Below are positions 21,001 to 30,998 of a DNA stretch of 55,166 nt, piece after piece. The notes below the pieces were generated by a model. It ran no database searches. It was not told the origin of the DNA and saw only the letters and a program-made list of their open reading frames with translations. The position numbers were made by a program, and so were the translations under genes. The stretch is from a virus (lineage: Duplodnaviria; Caudoviricetes). The first letter of the stretch is position 1. Each line of letters starts with the position of its first letter. The DNA lies in the IMG/VR virus record IMGVR_UViG_3300030433_001688, positions 1 to 55,166 of that record; one strand, written 5' to 3'.

Positions 21001-24000
21001 ACTACAAAACATAAAGAAAGTAATACAAACTGTTGTAGGTCAGGGCGGTCAAGTGTTTATTCATGGCACAGCTAAAGCTTTTGAAAAAGCTACAGGCGAG
21101 GAGGTGTCAAGAGGTATTCATATAAAAGATGGCAATCAAGTGCATCTTTTCTTACCTGCTTTGAAAGCAAACACAGCATACCACGAAGCTTTCCACTCTG
21201 CTGCCATGCAAATCGATGAAAAGCAAGGTAAAGGCGCAGCACTACGCAAGCTTGCACGGCAGTTCGCTATGGCTTTACCTAACGCTAAAAGATATCTGGC
21301 TTTTATTAGTGAGTATCTTACTGAAGAGCAACAAGCTTTAGCAGAGGTAGCTGTGACAGACGAGCTTGCTAGAAAGTTATTATCACAAATTGTAGAACAA
21401 AATGCACAAGCTGCGGAGGAACTTGTTGTAGAAATACTCGCTGACATCACTAACGGTGATTTATCAGCAGAGTATAAGCAAGGACTTATAACGTCACTGA
21501 AAAACTACGTAGGTAAATTGTTTGGGACAGAGTTCAAAGATCCTACATTAAAGAACGTAGCTAACGCTATCAAGTCTGTTACCACCACTATGGAGGCAGG
21601 TTTAGGTGTCGCTGGTATGCAAAGACTAGCTGAAGCTACCGAGGATCTCAAAGATGTACCGACAATAACCACTGATGATGATACAGAAGAAGAGTTAAAA
21701 TCACAAGCTCAAAAAATTAGAAGCGGAGATCGTATATCTGGACCAGTAGAAATTAAGACAAAAGAGTTTGTCCCTGAAGTCAGTCAATATGGTTTTAGGT
21801 TGGGAGGTACAGCATACATCCCTGTATCTGTCATGTTAAATTTCCAAGATCGTGGAACTATAGCAGGTAGAGAAAATTATCAAAATGAAGATAGCAGAAG
21901 AAGGATAGAGGAAATTAAAAAGTCTTTATTAAAAGACGGGTATGATGAATCTATACCAGGTGATGCAGGTATAGTCCTAGATGTAGACTCTCAAGGTTAC
22001 GCAAAAATTATTGAAGGAAATCACAGGCTCATAGCTATGGATGAACTTGGTATGAATGTAGTTCCTACAAGTCTACTTATATTGGCTGCTAGGGATGAGT
22101 TTAGATTTCCTAATGATAACCCCCTTAGTTCAAGATACAATGCTGAGGATATGCCTAGACGTATACAACGAAGGTTGGAGGGTATACCAGAGCAAAAAGC
22201 TGAAGGCATTTTAATGTCTAGTGTTGATGCTGAAGGTAATGAAATAAGTGTGCCTATTAATGAATCTTTTGCCCAACAAGGTGCGAGAAGTGGATTCCAA
22301 ATTATAAGTCCTGAAAAGCTTTCAGGGTTTTACGAAAGTGCTAAAAAAGGTAAATATCACATAGGATATGTAAGTATTTGGGAAACAAATCTTGTTGAAT
22401 CTAGAAAGGATGGAGATGGTTTCTTGACATATGAGGACAATCTTATGACTAAAGAGGTAGGTTCTGTTAATGAAGCTGAATCAAATGACAACACTGCAGA
22501 GGAAGGTAAGAGCGCACAGAAGATTGTAGAAACTGTAGCTGACATGCTTACAGAAAAAGGATTTAACTTGGTTATGGAAGGCAAGGGTAAGGACAAAAAG
22601 CTTGTTCTAAAATCATCTAATCAAATCAACTTGTTTAAGATGAAGAAGGATGAGATTTTACAGATCCTTCAGGATAGCGGTATGAAGAAAGAGCAGGCAG
22701 AAAAGACATACAAAAATGCTGTTCAGTTTGCTAGGGGTAGAAGAGCTGCTAGAAAAGAGGCTGCTAAGATAGCCTCTCAAGCTAGACGTAGAGAGGGTAA
22801 GCTATCTACAGAGGCTAAAAATTTACGTAAGCAACTGCAAGAACTTAAGGACAAGTCTAAGAGTTTGCAAGAGTTCTTTAACAAAGCTAAGGCTCTTATT
22901 AAAGAGCGTATGAAAGATAGGAAGACGTCTGATAAGTTTACTGCTGCACAGCTCAATAGTTTCTTCACTATAGCTGGCCAGATGGCACGAACTTCAGCAA
23001 AGAGGCTGTCGGAAAACGAACTCGATATTATAGACTCATTCCTCGATAAAATAGCTACCATATTCGATAAGCAAGATGCAAAAAAAGCGATGGACGATCA
23101 CCTTGATCTTGTTAAGAGTATGCGTAAGCTGCAGAAAACTTTGGTTAGAAAGTCTAAACAAAAAGACTTTGGAGCATACAGGTCCCTCGCAAGAATCGTG
23201 GCTGGCATAAACCCTTCGCTCATACCTGTTGATCAGATGCAGTCGTTCTCTGACTTTGTTAATGACGTCAACAATAGTATGAAGAGGGCTAGGTTTAGTA
23301 AAGATGAAGAGGGTAATCTAGTTGTAACAGCATCTAACCTCAAAGAGGTAAAATCTCTGATGGCTATAGCTACAAACTTCAAAGCCATAGAAGAAGTAGA
23401 AAGAGATGCAAACTTCAGAGCTAGGGCAACTAAAGCTGTTGAGGCAGCAGAAAAAGCTGGGAAGTCAACAACATTTGAAGAGGAGTACAAAGCTATACTA
23501 GAAAAGTATCAGAGAAGTAGACTAAGCCCTACACGCAAAAAGATAGAGGACACAGCGAAAAAGCTAGGTCTTGATGTAAACAATGTACAGGATTTAGAGA
23601 TTATACTCGATGAGCTAGCTAAGGATAGCGCTGAGTTAGCAGAAAACAAAAAGGATCTTATCTTATCCGACGCTATTATCCCAAGAGTTATGGCTAACCT
23701 TGAGGAGTTACTGCAGGACACATCGTTTAGAACAATACTAGGTTTGTTTAGTATGGATAACGTTTCTGCACCAGAACTTAAGGCTAGACTTATGCAGCTC
23801 GATATGAGACATCTAGCAGCTTTGGAGTACAAGATCAATGACTACTTAGTAAACTCTTCTACTATAGGTCTTGGGTACTTAGCGTCTATAGTAAGGGGTA
23901 AGATATCTTTAGCTAGTGATATCAAAGCTCTTGTAGCAAAAGGTGTTAGATCTAAAGACAGATCTTACGGAAGCTTTGCCGATAACGTCCCTTCATTTAT

Positions 24001-26773
24001 ACGTAACGTATTTAAAGTAGGCAACGTTGACGTAGCTAAGATATTAGTAGCTATAGGCTTCCAAGATGTTATGTCTAGCGTAAACCTACATGAGCAGGCT
24101 CATATGGAGAGAGTCACTGCCCTACAAAATAAGATCGATGAGATAACAGAGAAGGGTGGTGAGATAACATCAGACCTATCCAATGCTATAGCACAGATAT
24201 TTTCTATGGCTAATCAAAAGCCAGAGGCTCTATCTGAAGCAGAGTGGTTTATGAATCTACGTGACGCTATGGACTCTACGATTCAAGAGTACGAAGTAGA
24301 GCAGTCAGACATATACGATCCAGAAACTATACAAGAGTTTAAAGACGCTCGTGAATATTTGTTTGGGCAGACTAATAACTTACAGGAGCTGCTAGATAAA
24401 GTCAGAAGCGAAAGAACAGACATCGTAGAAATTGTAGACTTCTTATCCCAGATGCATGAGTCTATGCGCCCAGATTTTGAAAACTTTACAGAAAGATATC
24501 TAGGTAAAACCTTAGAGGTATTAGAAAACTACACTCCTTTTAAAGTTAGGAAGAAAGGCTTTGATGATCAGTTAGATTCTGTTATGGAGATACGTAGACA
24601 ACTGATAAGTGCTCTAAGTAGTGCAGGTAACAGTAATTACACAAAGACTCCTGGCGCTACATTTGAAAGGGAAGCAAGAGCTGTCGGTGGAGATTCTATT
24701 TTAGGACTAAACTTCTTGAAGATAAACGAGGCAACGCTAAGGCAAAACTCGTTTATTATGATGTCGCTTGAGGATGTTCTCGCTATGAAGTATGCTTTCC
24801 AAACTGAAGCTATGCAAGGCCTTATGCCTAAAAGCATAAAGGCTAAGCTGTCAGAGATGATAGACAACTACCTTGTTGCTGACGCTACAGAAGTTCCGTT
24901 TATATTTCAAAAAAATATAAGGGTAGGAGGAAAGACGATACGTAACCCATTTGAGATGTTTAGGGTTGCTGCTGTAGTAAATGCTTTTGGTGGTGTGTTT
25001 GTACAGTTCTTTAAACAGTCTACTGTTATGCTATCTGCTTTTGCAAACACTAAAACACTACAAGGTAAAGCATACCTTATAAGAACTTTTGGGGAGATGC
25101 TGGCCCTAACTTTTATAGGGAAGGATAAAGATGGAAAACTTAGAGTTCTTAGCGATCCTAAAGTAAAAATTAATGACGGGAGGTATGAGCTACTGCGTCA
25201 CACTACTTTATTCTTAAGAGACTACAAGGCTGGTAACATAGATCCGTTTACAGGTAGGGTAGAATTTGATAAGAGTCGACTTGATAAAACTCGTGACTGG
25301 CTGCAAGACAAGTCTATGTGGACGCTAACAACGACAGACAAGGTAGCTGCTATAAGTTCTTTTTATGCTTTCTATGCAGACTTCTTATTATCTGAGGGTG
25401 TAGTAAATGATATCTCAGAAATCAATTGGGGGCAAGAGGCTGCAAATCCAAACATGGAGGCTATAGCTTATGCAGAAAACATAGTTAGCAAAGACCAAAA
25501 CGTCTCTAGCTCTAGACTTGCAGCAAATGTTTATAAAAATAAAAGTGCGTTTGTAAGATTTTTAGTGCAGACTATGCTCCCATTCCAAAGCTTTGCTATC
25601 AATACAAAGAGATCGATTACTGGTGATATAGGACGTATTATTGATCCTGTTAATCCACAAGCTAGAAAGGATGGATTGAGAGGATTGGCAGGAACAACAG
25701 CTTCTTTATTTGTGTTTGCTTACATTTCAAGAGTTATGACTGCACTAATATCTGAGTTTGTTAAAGGCTTCGGAGATGATGACGATGAATCTAACTTAGA
25801 TGAAATACTTACAGATCCTAAAACAATAAGGGAGTCTGCTGTACAAACAGTATTAGACGCAATTCCACTTCCGTCTACACCTGCTATCGATAACAAAGTA
25901 AAAGACTTTTTCAACTACTACTTCTTCTTTAACGCTTCGGACTATGATGCTCCAGGACTTGAAGATAAAGATGCTTTTGAATTGTTTAAACAATACGGTG
26001 ATGCCGTAACAACTTACGAAACAGGTGTGACAGACAAAAAAGGGCCAGTACAAAACGCTATACTAACAGCGCTTAGTGCGCTTGGACCTGGTGGTAAGTT
26101 TGCAATGGACTTGGAAAAGATGCTTGAGCCTACACTTAACGGTGGCACTTCGTACACCACAGGATCAGGGCGTGAAAGGTTTATTAGACCAGAAGATCAG
26201 GCAGACTTTATGTTGAGTAACACATTAAGAACGCTTTTATCTTTTGCTAACCTAGCAGGTGTAGGTGTTAAGGAACTTGACTATGTAGCAAAAGCATTAG
26301 ATGATATGCCAAAAGACAGGGCGCTTTCTTCAGAAGAACAGCTTGCAGCATTTGAAACCATATTGATTGCGATAGGTAACGATCCTGAAACTCGAGCTAC
26401 TATTGAGGGCATGGAGGGCGCAGGACCAGAAAGATTACTTAGCATACTACAGAAGCAAGCTGAAGAAGATCCAGTGACTTTAGCTAGAGGGTTGAGCCAG
26501 GCTAAATTTAAGTCAGCATTAAAACAAGCTGTGGGAGATAAGGTAACCGAGATGATGTTCCCTCAAGAGTATAAGAAATATTCTGCAGAGGTGCGCAGAA
26601 TATCTAGACGCTCCCCGAAAGAAATAGCCGCTGTTATCAGGGGTAAGGAAGGTGAGATGAATCCTGATGACTTCAAAAGGTATAACAATTTCTTACTATA
26701 TTACATCGCTTTAAACTCTGAAGCAACGTTTAACAACGTGCTGATAGAGTTGGATATAAACACAGTAGAATGA
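18035..26773 (+). CDS. Giant (2912 aa) internal virion polyvalent-type protein with zincin HExxH and ParB/Srx-like domains
   Basis: HEAFH at 21182-21196 with downstream EELVVE; IEEIKKSL...IIEGNHRLIAM at about 21900-22070; long coiled coils; EEGIEE motif; last gene of the virion block. Confidence 0.7.
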   Translation: MNGFTEGQDSIFNIVTRAGYTGTEEQLFEAMKQQEAFDAVYRIVQRAGVTLDERDFIYVAGVAPKKKDSALSAEYSTQLGFGVEGGDLDVPTDTTVPPSQREDDLSRLASRQEALQGDFFESIFGSRTDPIDDSNFTGTGALRPEEKKAFHEKSRNELAEQFSTEGFVATDGDINSVDYENYHLAKDWFTSRGINLGTPVGPGDIASFSNEIYDTLKDNPYVVNTGATADVFETVIKNSGLLMEDANSTLNVEMRKQAIVSNTFDIGTYSSAVVAEVPTIDTEEGASFFYEPHLNQFNTSYIPTSEEELTIAQGMMPEKLSTFEKASEYYSAFGKELTTEEYNKVAGYYTARSEVVQALDNKRKVRNHIEIFVDEFSGATTKAQQDDVLSRERDKEATVISLYNEANEVLGIERRAYDIFDVVMQMSMDEVFMNGDTAINRYRQSAEYFGRKLDDETYFKNLNQTAGMIEFGFIDLANMIGLTNSTSESVLLSERIRTGDLVAEGGFKDIYGREFEPDMFSWNELSAAMSQNKSLREGLTFDEIEKGVFGNYIDGNVSAANTLFLDGVAAAVPQIAGTIVMTMAGAPEVALVGFAGSASGSAYSDIKSNAHLTEGEKILYSSLMGGFEYVSEKIFMKQELISANALRKMFGIGVKDIAQETAKTTARKGVRGAIGTAWKKTTGNRVFKFFEEGIEEGLVSFAGQQLTNYAERTALDREISDLQTRLNTEDIADDVASNLRSQIAGKEIEKTDIKYNYIETLDAFAIGTAAGSLQMGIVRAPSFIASKFNFKDQLALENKYEALQKRLANETNSEKKAQIKQEMLEIQDQMWRVSARDLAFLTGISDEDLTEISGLNTRIRKNRRKAFDTRKNLEEARSQGNQDAVAVFEAELSALQADTKQAFETKFNIEGKYSQNQSFIEQNLEDPETQAVIDEVGRVDPDIIDYGRVGKGNSVELTGENANSVIDRIINTGKIISTKFSSREEIIRGLQNIKKVIQTVVGQGGQVFIHGTAKAFEKATGEEVSRGIHIKDGNQVHLFLPALKANTAYHEAFHSAAMQIDEKQGKGAALRKLARQFAMALPNAKRYLAFISEYLTEEQQALAEVAVTDELARKLLSQIVEQNAQAAEELVVEILADITNGDLSAEYKQGLITSLKNYVGKLFGTEFKDPTLKNVANAIKSVTTTMEAGLGVAGMQRLAEATEDLKDVPTITTDDDTEEELKSQAQKIRSGDRISGPVEIKTKEFVPEVSQYGFRLGGTAYIPVSVMLNFQDRGTIAGRENYQNEDSRRRIEEIKKSLLKDGYDESIPGDAGIVLDVDSQGYAKIIEGNHRLIAMDELGMNVVPTSLLILAARDEFRFPNDNPLSSRYNAEDMPRRIQRRLEGIPEQKAEGILMSSVDAEGNEISVPINESFAQQGARSGFQIISPEKLSGFYESAKKGKYHIGYVSIWETNLVESRKDGDGFLTYEDNLMTKEVGSVNEAESNDNTAEEGKSAQKIVETVADMLTEKGFNLVMEGKGKDKKLVLKSSNQINLFKMKKDEILQILQDSGMKKEQAEKTYKNAVQFARGRRAARKEAAKIASQARRREGKLSTEAKNLRKQLQELKDKSKSLQEFFNKAKALIKERMKDRKTSDKFTAAQLNSFFTIAGQMARTSAKRLSENELDIIDSFLDKIATIFDKQDAKKAMDDHLDLVKSMRKLQKTLVRKSKQKDFGAYRSLARIVAGINPSLIPVDQMQSFSDFVNDVNNSMKRARFSKDEEGNLVVTASNLKEVKSLMAIATNFKAIEEVERDANFRARATKAVEAAEKAGKSTTFEEEYKAILEKYQRSRLSPTRKKIEDTAKKLGLDVNNVQDLEIILDELAKDSAELAENKKDLILSDAIIPRVMANLEELLQDTSFRTILGLFSMDNVSAPELKARLMQLDMRHLAALEYKINDYLVNSSTIGLGYLASIVRGKISLASDIKALVAKGVRSKDRSYGSFADNVPSFIRNVFKVGNVDVAKILVAIGFQDVMSSVNLHEQAHMERVTALQNKIDEITEKGGEITSDLSNAIAQIFSMANQKPEALSEAEWFMNLRDAMDSTIQEYEVEQSDIYDPETIQEFKDAREYLFGQTNNLQELLDKVRSERTDIVEIVDFLSQMHESMRPDFENFTERYLGKTLEVLENYTPFKVRKKGFDDQLDSVMEIRRQLISALSSAGNSNYTKTPGATFEREARAVGGDSILGLNFLKINEATLRQNSFIMMSLEDVLAMKYAFQTEAMQGLMPKSIKAKLSEMIDNYLVADATEVPFIFQKNIRVGGKTIRNPFEMFRVAAVVNAFGGVFVQFFKQSTVMLSAFANTKTLQGKAYLIRTFGEMLALTFIGKDKDGKLRVLSDPKVKINDGRYELLRHTTLFLRDYKAGNIDPFTGRVEFDKSRLDKTRDWLQDKSMWTLTTTDKVAAISSFYAFYADFLLSEGVVNDISEINWGQEAANPNMEAIAYAENIVSKDQNVSSSRLAANVYKNKSAFVRFLVQTMLPFQSFAINTKRSITGDIGRIIDPVNPQARKDGLRGLAGTTASLFVFAYISRVMTALISEFVKGFGDDDDESNLDEILTDPKTIRESAVQTVLDAIPLPSTPAIDNKVKDFFNYYFFFNASDYDAPGLEDKDAFELFKQYGDAVTTYETGVTDKKGPVQNAILTALSALGPGGKFAMDLEKMLEPTLNGGTSYTTGSGRERFIRPEDQADFMLSNTLRTLLSFANLAGVGVKELDYVAKALDDMPKDRALSSEEQLAAFETILIAIGNDPETRATIEGMEGAGPERLLSILQKQAEEDPVTLARGLSQAKFKSALKQAVGDKVTEMMFPQEYKKYSAEVRRISRRSPKEIAAVIRGKEGEMNPDDFKRYNNFLLYYIALNSEATFNNVLIELDINTVE

Positions 26774-27237
26774 GACTAAGCAAAAACTTTACTCTCTCTG
26801 AGCTTACACGCAGTAGTACAGCAAAAAGAAAGGGTATAAAAAATGAGCCTACAGAAGCTCACAAGAAAAATCTACAACGTATTGTAACACAGATACTACA
26901 GCCTATGCGTGATCAGTTAGGCCCTATCCGTGTAACTAGCGGATACAGATCACCTAAATTAAATCGCTCTATTGGTGGTAGTACAAAGTCGCAGCACTGC
27001 AAAGGTCAGGCTGTAGACATCCAGTTCTGGGACAAAGGCGTTATGAAAAACAAAGTCATATACGATTACATCGTGCAAAACGGGATTGAGTTTGATCAGA
27101 TGATCAACGAGTTTGACTTCTCGTGGATACACATATCGTTAAAAGACAAAGACAACAGAAACAGAATCCTCGAAGCGTATAAAGATGATGATGGAGATAC
27201 GTGCTACAAAGAGGTAAAAGAAAATATAGTACTATGA
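26770..27237 (+). CDS. Endolysin, peptidase M15A family
   Basis: LSKNFTLSEL, VTSGYRSPKLNRSIGGSTKSQHCKGQAVDI and WIHIS zinc-peptidase motifs. Confidence 0.92.
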   Translation: MRLSKNFTLSELTRSSTAKRKGIKNEPTEAHKKNLQRIVTQILQPMRDQLGPIRVTSGYRSPKLNRSIGGSTKSQHCKGQAVDIQFWDKGVMKNKVIYDYIVQNGIEFDQMINEFDFSWIHISLKDKDNRNRILEAYKDDDGDTCYKEVKENIVL

Positions 27238-27662
27238 AAAAAATAAAAGACACAAAGCTAGGTAGCTGGTTAAAAAGCAAAGCTCCACAAGTTTTAGATG
27301 TAGTAGGAGACTTGCTACCAGATAGCGGTGGGTTGGGTGTAGTAAAAAATCTTATCGATAAAGATCCAGAGGTAGACTCTGCAGACGCTCAATCTCAGAT
27401 CGATGCTGAGGTAAGATTTCAAGAAAATGTAACGGAGCGCTGGAAAGCTGATATGGGTAGCGATGTAAAACTAGCAAAGCTTATACGCCCTGTAACATTG
27501 ATTGCTTTGATGACCATGTTTATGGTGACAATGTTTATTGACAGTATGGATAACGTGCCTTTTAATGTAAAGGACTCCTACGTAGACCTACTACAGATCC
27601 TCATGCTTACTGCCTTCGGAGCTTACTTCGCTGGTCGCACCATTGAAAAGGCTAAAAAGTAA
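27234..27662 (+). CDS. Putative holin (3TM GTA-holin-like)
   Basis: ATGA overlap with the endolysin; RWKADM.SD..LAK.IRP plus two TM helices, ending AYFAGRTIEK. Confidence 0.7.
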   Translation: MKKIKDTKLGSWLKSKAPQVLDVVGDLLPDSGGLGVVKNLIDKDPEVDSADAQSQIDAEVRFQENVTERWKADMGSDVKLAKLIRPVTLIALMTMFMVTMFIDSMDNVPFNVKDSYVDLLQILMLTAFGAYFAGRTIEKAKK

Positions 27663-27737
27663 AGTGTAAAGTGTATGTAGAATCATAGCTTGGTTCTATA
27701 AAACATTCGTGGCTTATAGTAGATGTGGTTACGTACA

Positions 27738-28181
27738 TTATCTTTTTATGATTGTTGTAAGATCTAGAGGTATTTGATAGAAGTACTCACCTTTGCCTAC
27801 GTATTTGTTTTTTACCTCTACAGGTTTTAGATGTTTTATCTTTTGACTCCAGAACATAACTGCATGCGTCAATTCTTTGTTCCAAATGTAAAATAAAGTA
27901 AGCTTTTTAAAAAACTTTTTTTTGCGATGCGGTAATTGTACTGTGTCGTAAGGAAAGTTTGGGCCAGACCATACTATTTTTACTTCGCACTCTACACAAA
28001 AAGGATCGGTGTAGTTAACTCCCCACTCATCTGTTTTGGAAGCTATAAGATCCTGTGCGTACTTGTCGTGATGATCTACAGCAATAAACCCTTTCTTTTT
28101 AAGGTGAGCCTTTGTAGCTATTCTAGCTAGCTTGTCATACTTTTCATATAACTTTTTATCGAAAGGCTTTCGAGCTGACAT
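27738..28181 (-). CDS. Putative PD-(D/E)xK nuclease-fold protein
   Basis: DKYAQDLI...VECEVK motif. Confidence 0.5.
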   Translation of the reverse strand: MSARKPFDKKLYEKYDKLARIATKAHLKKKGFIAVDHHDKYAQDLIASKTDEWGVNYTDPFCVECEVKIVWSGPNFPYDTVQLPHRKKKFFKKLTLFYIWNKELTHAVMFWSQKIKHLKPVEVKNKYVGKGEYFYQIPLDLTTIIKR

Positions 28182-28182
28182 C

Positions 28183-28407
28183 TTACAGCTTTACTTTACT
28201 TTCGTTGTATTCCTCACACGCTGTTCGTATACCCTCTATCTCTGCTAGCACTCCCTTCCTGTAGTCTAGCGCTAGATCTATAACAGTTTCCCAATTGTTT
28301 ATTGGTTCTCCATTGTCTTTGTGTAGGTCTTCGTATAGTTGTGCGGTTATCGATTGTATCTCATCGCAGGTTACGAAGTACAGCCTACTTAGTTCCTTTG
28401 AGTTCAT
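28183..28407 (-). CDS. Hypothetical protein
   Basis: Likely start MNSKELSRLY at 28407; the longer track ORF overlaps the resolvase. Confidence 0.65.
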   Translation of the reverse strand: MNSKELSRLYFVTCDEIQSITAQLYEDLHKDNGEPINNWETVIDLALDYRKGVLAEIEGIRTACEEYNESKVKL

Positions 28408-28843
28408 CCTGAATAATTTTGATTGTTTCGTCCACTTGTTTTCTATTCTTAGGGATAAACAACATATAGTCATCCATCTGATTATCAATTAGATACCTAA
28501 GAAAAAGTTTCCACCGCAACGGGAAGGTGTGCTGTCCATGCACGTAACCTTTCGTTTCGATGATAAACTTGTGATCGTGGGAAACAAAATCAGGAGTGTA
28601 CTTAATCCCTTGTATTGCCTTCTGAGTGTTATTTCTCATAACATCTCTACCCTTTGTCATCTTATGATAGATACCGTTGTATCTAAAACCATCCATTAAA
28701 TAAAAGACATCTGTCTCATACCCAAACTTTAGTTTTGCATCCTTGAGTCTGTCATAACAGTATGCCTCAAGAGCACTTTTAAGTTTGCTTCCTGCTCTTC
28801 TATGGCCCTTTGCCTTAGATCTATTCTTTACTTTTTTTCCCAC
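28385..28843 (-). CDS. T7 endonuclease I-like Holliday junction resolvase
   Basis: KSALEAYC, YE, YTPDF and IIETKG motifs. Confidence 0.8.
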   Translation of the reverse strand: MGKKVKNRSKAKGHRRAGSKLKSALEAYCYDRLKDAKLKFGYETDVFYLMDGFRYNGIYHKMTKGRDVMRNNTQKAIQGIKYTPDFVSHDHKFIIETKGYVHGQHTFPLRWKLFLRYLIDNQMDDYMLFIPKNRKQVDETIKIIQDELKGTK

Positions 28844-28870
28844 GTATGGGAATATATAAACAAAAAAATG

Positions 28871-30661
28871 TTAAAAATGTTCAAACTCCAGCTGTTTATC
28901 AACATCTTCTATGTTAATATGTTGATAGAGTGATGAAAAGGGACCTGTCATAGTAAATCCTGCGTGATTTGCATTGAAATCAAAGTAGAATGGATCGTCT
29001 ATTGCTGTTGGCTCACCACCAGTTTCTTGCTCTCTCACTTTGCGAACATGGAACTCTGTCCTACTACGCTTCTCTACGTCTGGATGATGTATCTTTCTGT
29101 GTATTGTTAAGAAGCAATCAGCTCTGTTAACCCACATGCCACCATACTCTGTGTCAGGAGCTAAAGGTGCAATAGGCTGACCATCGTCACCTTTTTGCCT
29201 TTGCGCTGAGGTTATCGAGTGTGCGTTTACCCATACAGCTATATCTAGTCTGTTACAAAACGTAAGGAACGCACCAGCAGCTTCGTAGTGGTACTCGAAA
29301 GCTGATCCCGACTTGTTTGATGTAAGGGCAACCTTGAGGGAGTTGTATGGATCTATAAGCAATCCATCTATCTTTCTATGCCTAGTTATCTTTTCAGTGT
29401 AAACAAGTAAGTCTGCATAGCTGAGCATCTTTGTGTTGTCTATCAAGATAAAATGCTTTGACACCCACTTCATCATATACTTTACCTCACCTTCAGTCAT
29501 TTCGTCTAGAGACTTACCACAAGCAAACTGCATTAGTTTAATCTTGACGTTAGCAGTTTTATTTTCAGAAGAATAAATAACCCACACCCACTCATGATTT
29601 ACTGCAATCGTAACCATCATGTACAGCATGAATGTGGTTTTACCTACAGAGCTATGACCTGAGATCATAACAAACTCTTTTTTGTAAATAAAGTTTTTAT
29701 CAAATAGAACATTACCTGTACCACACCCTTTCTCTATCTCTCCGTTTTTATATCTGATAATCCAGTCTAAATCCTCTACATCCGAACTCATAAACGACAT
29801 ATCGCCGTCTGATAGTAGTAACTCCCTTTGCGCTTCCTCCTCTGCCTCTATTGTTTCATGTATAGGCGCCATTTTACCACGCTCTATGCCGTCACGAATA
29901 GTATTCCTAGCGACGTACATATCGTCAACTTCACGAAGCTCTATTTCACGTTCTAAAACACGATACGCTTCAAGCTCATCTACCCTACCCACAGATATAT
30001 ATCCACCCATAAGTATAGAAGCTTTCAGGAGTACGTTGTGCTTTTCTCCATCAGGAGCGTTGCGTATCATCCTGGCTGCAAGGTGTAGCTTGGTGTAGTC
30101 TGTAGATATTTCCTTTACCTCAGCTACCTGAGTCTTAGGAATATCGTCAAAGAGCATCTTCCCAAAAGGCTCTGATTCTATCTTGATAACAGCATCAGGA
30201 TCATAGCTTTCAAAGCATGCCCTACTCTCATTGATACCTGTGCTATCAACCTCTAGATTGTATTTACTATCAAAGTATTGTACAAGAGCTCTGAAATGAT
30301 CTCTATGATTTTCTGAGTTTGTAACTTTTACAACAGCTTTTAACCCGTCACCAGAGGGACTAACCCAGCAGGCTTTGACAAAAGGATCTAAAGCAAGAAC
30401 AGCTTTGCTGTTGTCTACATCGATGTGATCGAAGTCAAGGACAATGTAGCCACTGTGTTTTATTAGTGAGGAGTCCTTGCGTTCATTGAACTTTCCGCTA
30501 AATAAAACGACAGGTAGCTTTGACTTTAAAGATTTGTTTCCACCTCTTATCTTTTCTATAGCATCTTTCTGCTTACCAGACTTTACTCTGTCTAGGCATT
30601 GCTCTAAAGAAATATAGTTAGGAGAGTCTTTGCTGTATAGATCACGATATATCGTCAGCAT
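28871..30661 (-). CDS. Primase-helicase: BT4734/VirE-N-like primase domain fused to a DnaB/RecA-type helicase
   Basis: KSKLPVVLFSGKF, LDFDH, SPSGDGLK, DSTG.NESRACFESYDP; Walker A GHSSVGKTT; Walker B LLIDPYN. Confidence 0.88.
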   Translation of the reverse strand: MLTIYRDLYSKDSPNYISLEQCLDRVKSGKQKDAIEKIRGGNKSLKSKLPVVLFSGKFNERKDSSLIKHSGYIVLDFDHIDVDNSKAVLALDPFVKACWVSPSGDGLKAVVKVTNSENHRDHFRALVQYFDSKYNLEVDSTGINESRACFESYDPDAVIKIESEPFGKMLFDDIPKTQVAEVKEISTDYTKLHLAARMIRNAPDGEKHNVLLKASILMGGYISVGRVDELEAYRVLEREIELREVDDMYVARNTIRDGIERGKMAPIHETIEAEEEAQRELLLSDGDMSFMSSDVEDLDWIIRYKNGEIEKGCGTGNVLFDKNFIYKKEFVMISGHSSVGKTTFMLYMMVTIAVNHEWVWVIYSSENKTANVKIKLMQFACGKSLDEMTEGEVKYMMKWVSKHFILIDNTKMLSYADLLVYTEKITRHRKIDGLLIDPYNSLKVALTSNKSGSAFEYHYEAAGAFLTFCNRLDIAVWVNAHSITSAQRQKGDDGQPIAPLAPDTEYGGMWVNRADCFLTIHRKIHHPDVEKRSRTEFHVRKVREQETGGEPTAIDDPFYFDFNANHAGFTMTGPFSSLYQHINIEDVDKQLEFEHF

Positions 30662-30998
30662 TTTGAGAGTCGTTCTTTTCTTTTAGACTTAATGCTGTTT
30701 GGTAACACACCCTATACAAAGGATGTGTCTTTAGGTTGTCTTCATGCTTATCAAACACATGATACATTGTTGTTCTAGCCATGTCCCATGTCTGTGCTAG
30801 CACATTCTGATGACAGTATGTTTTGAAAGCATTGATAAAAGCGTAACGCAAAAAAACAGACTCATGCTTACGTGTAGCTATATCATCTTGCATTTCTGCA
30901 GGAAAAACTAAATCGACATACTCTTTCTTCAAATGCTCAACAGCTTCAAAAGAATATCCTTTGTGCTTTGGCTTGCGCACTTTACTTAACTTTCTCAT
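30642..30998 (-). CDS. HTH DNA-binding protein (DnaA domain IV-like)
   Basis: TRKHESVFLR...LAQTWDMARTTMYH pattern; lies beside the helicase. Confidence 0.5.
   Translation of the reverse strand: MRKLSKVRKPKHKGYSFEAVEHLKKEYVDLVFPAEMQDDIATRKHESVFLRYAFINAFKTYCHQNVLAQTWDMARTTMYHVFDKHEDNLKTHPLYRVCYQTALSLKEKNDSQNADDIS

Noticed and set aside
3757-26053. Numerous 60-180 aa minus-strand ORFs inside structural genes
   Set aside because: They are antisense shadows expected from codon bias, with no leaders or recognisable motifs.
18035-26773. Virion RNA polymerase as in crAssphages
   Set aside because: I saw no DxDxD catalytic motif in an RNAP-like context, and the promoters are host-type. A profile search is needed to exclude it fully.
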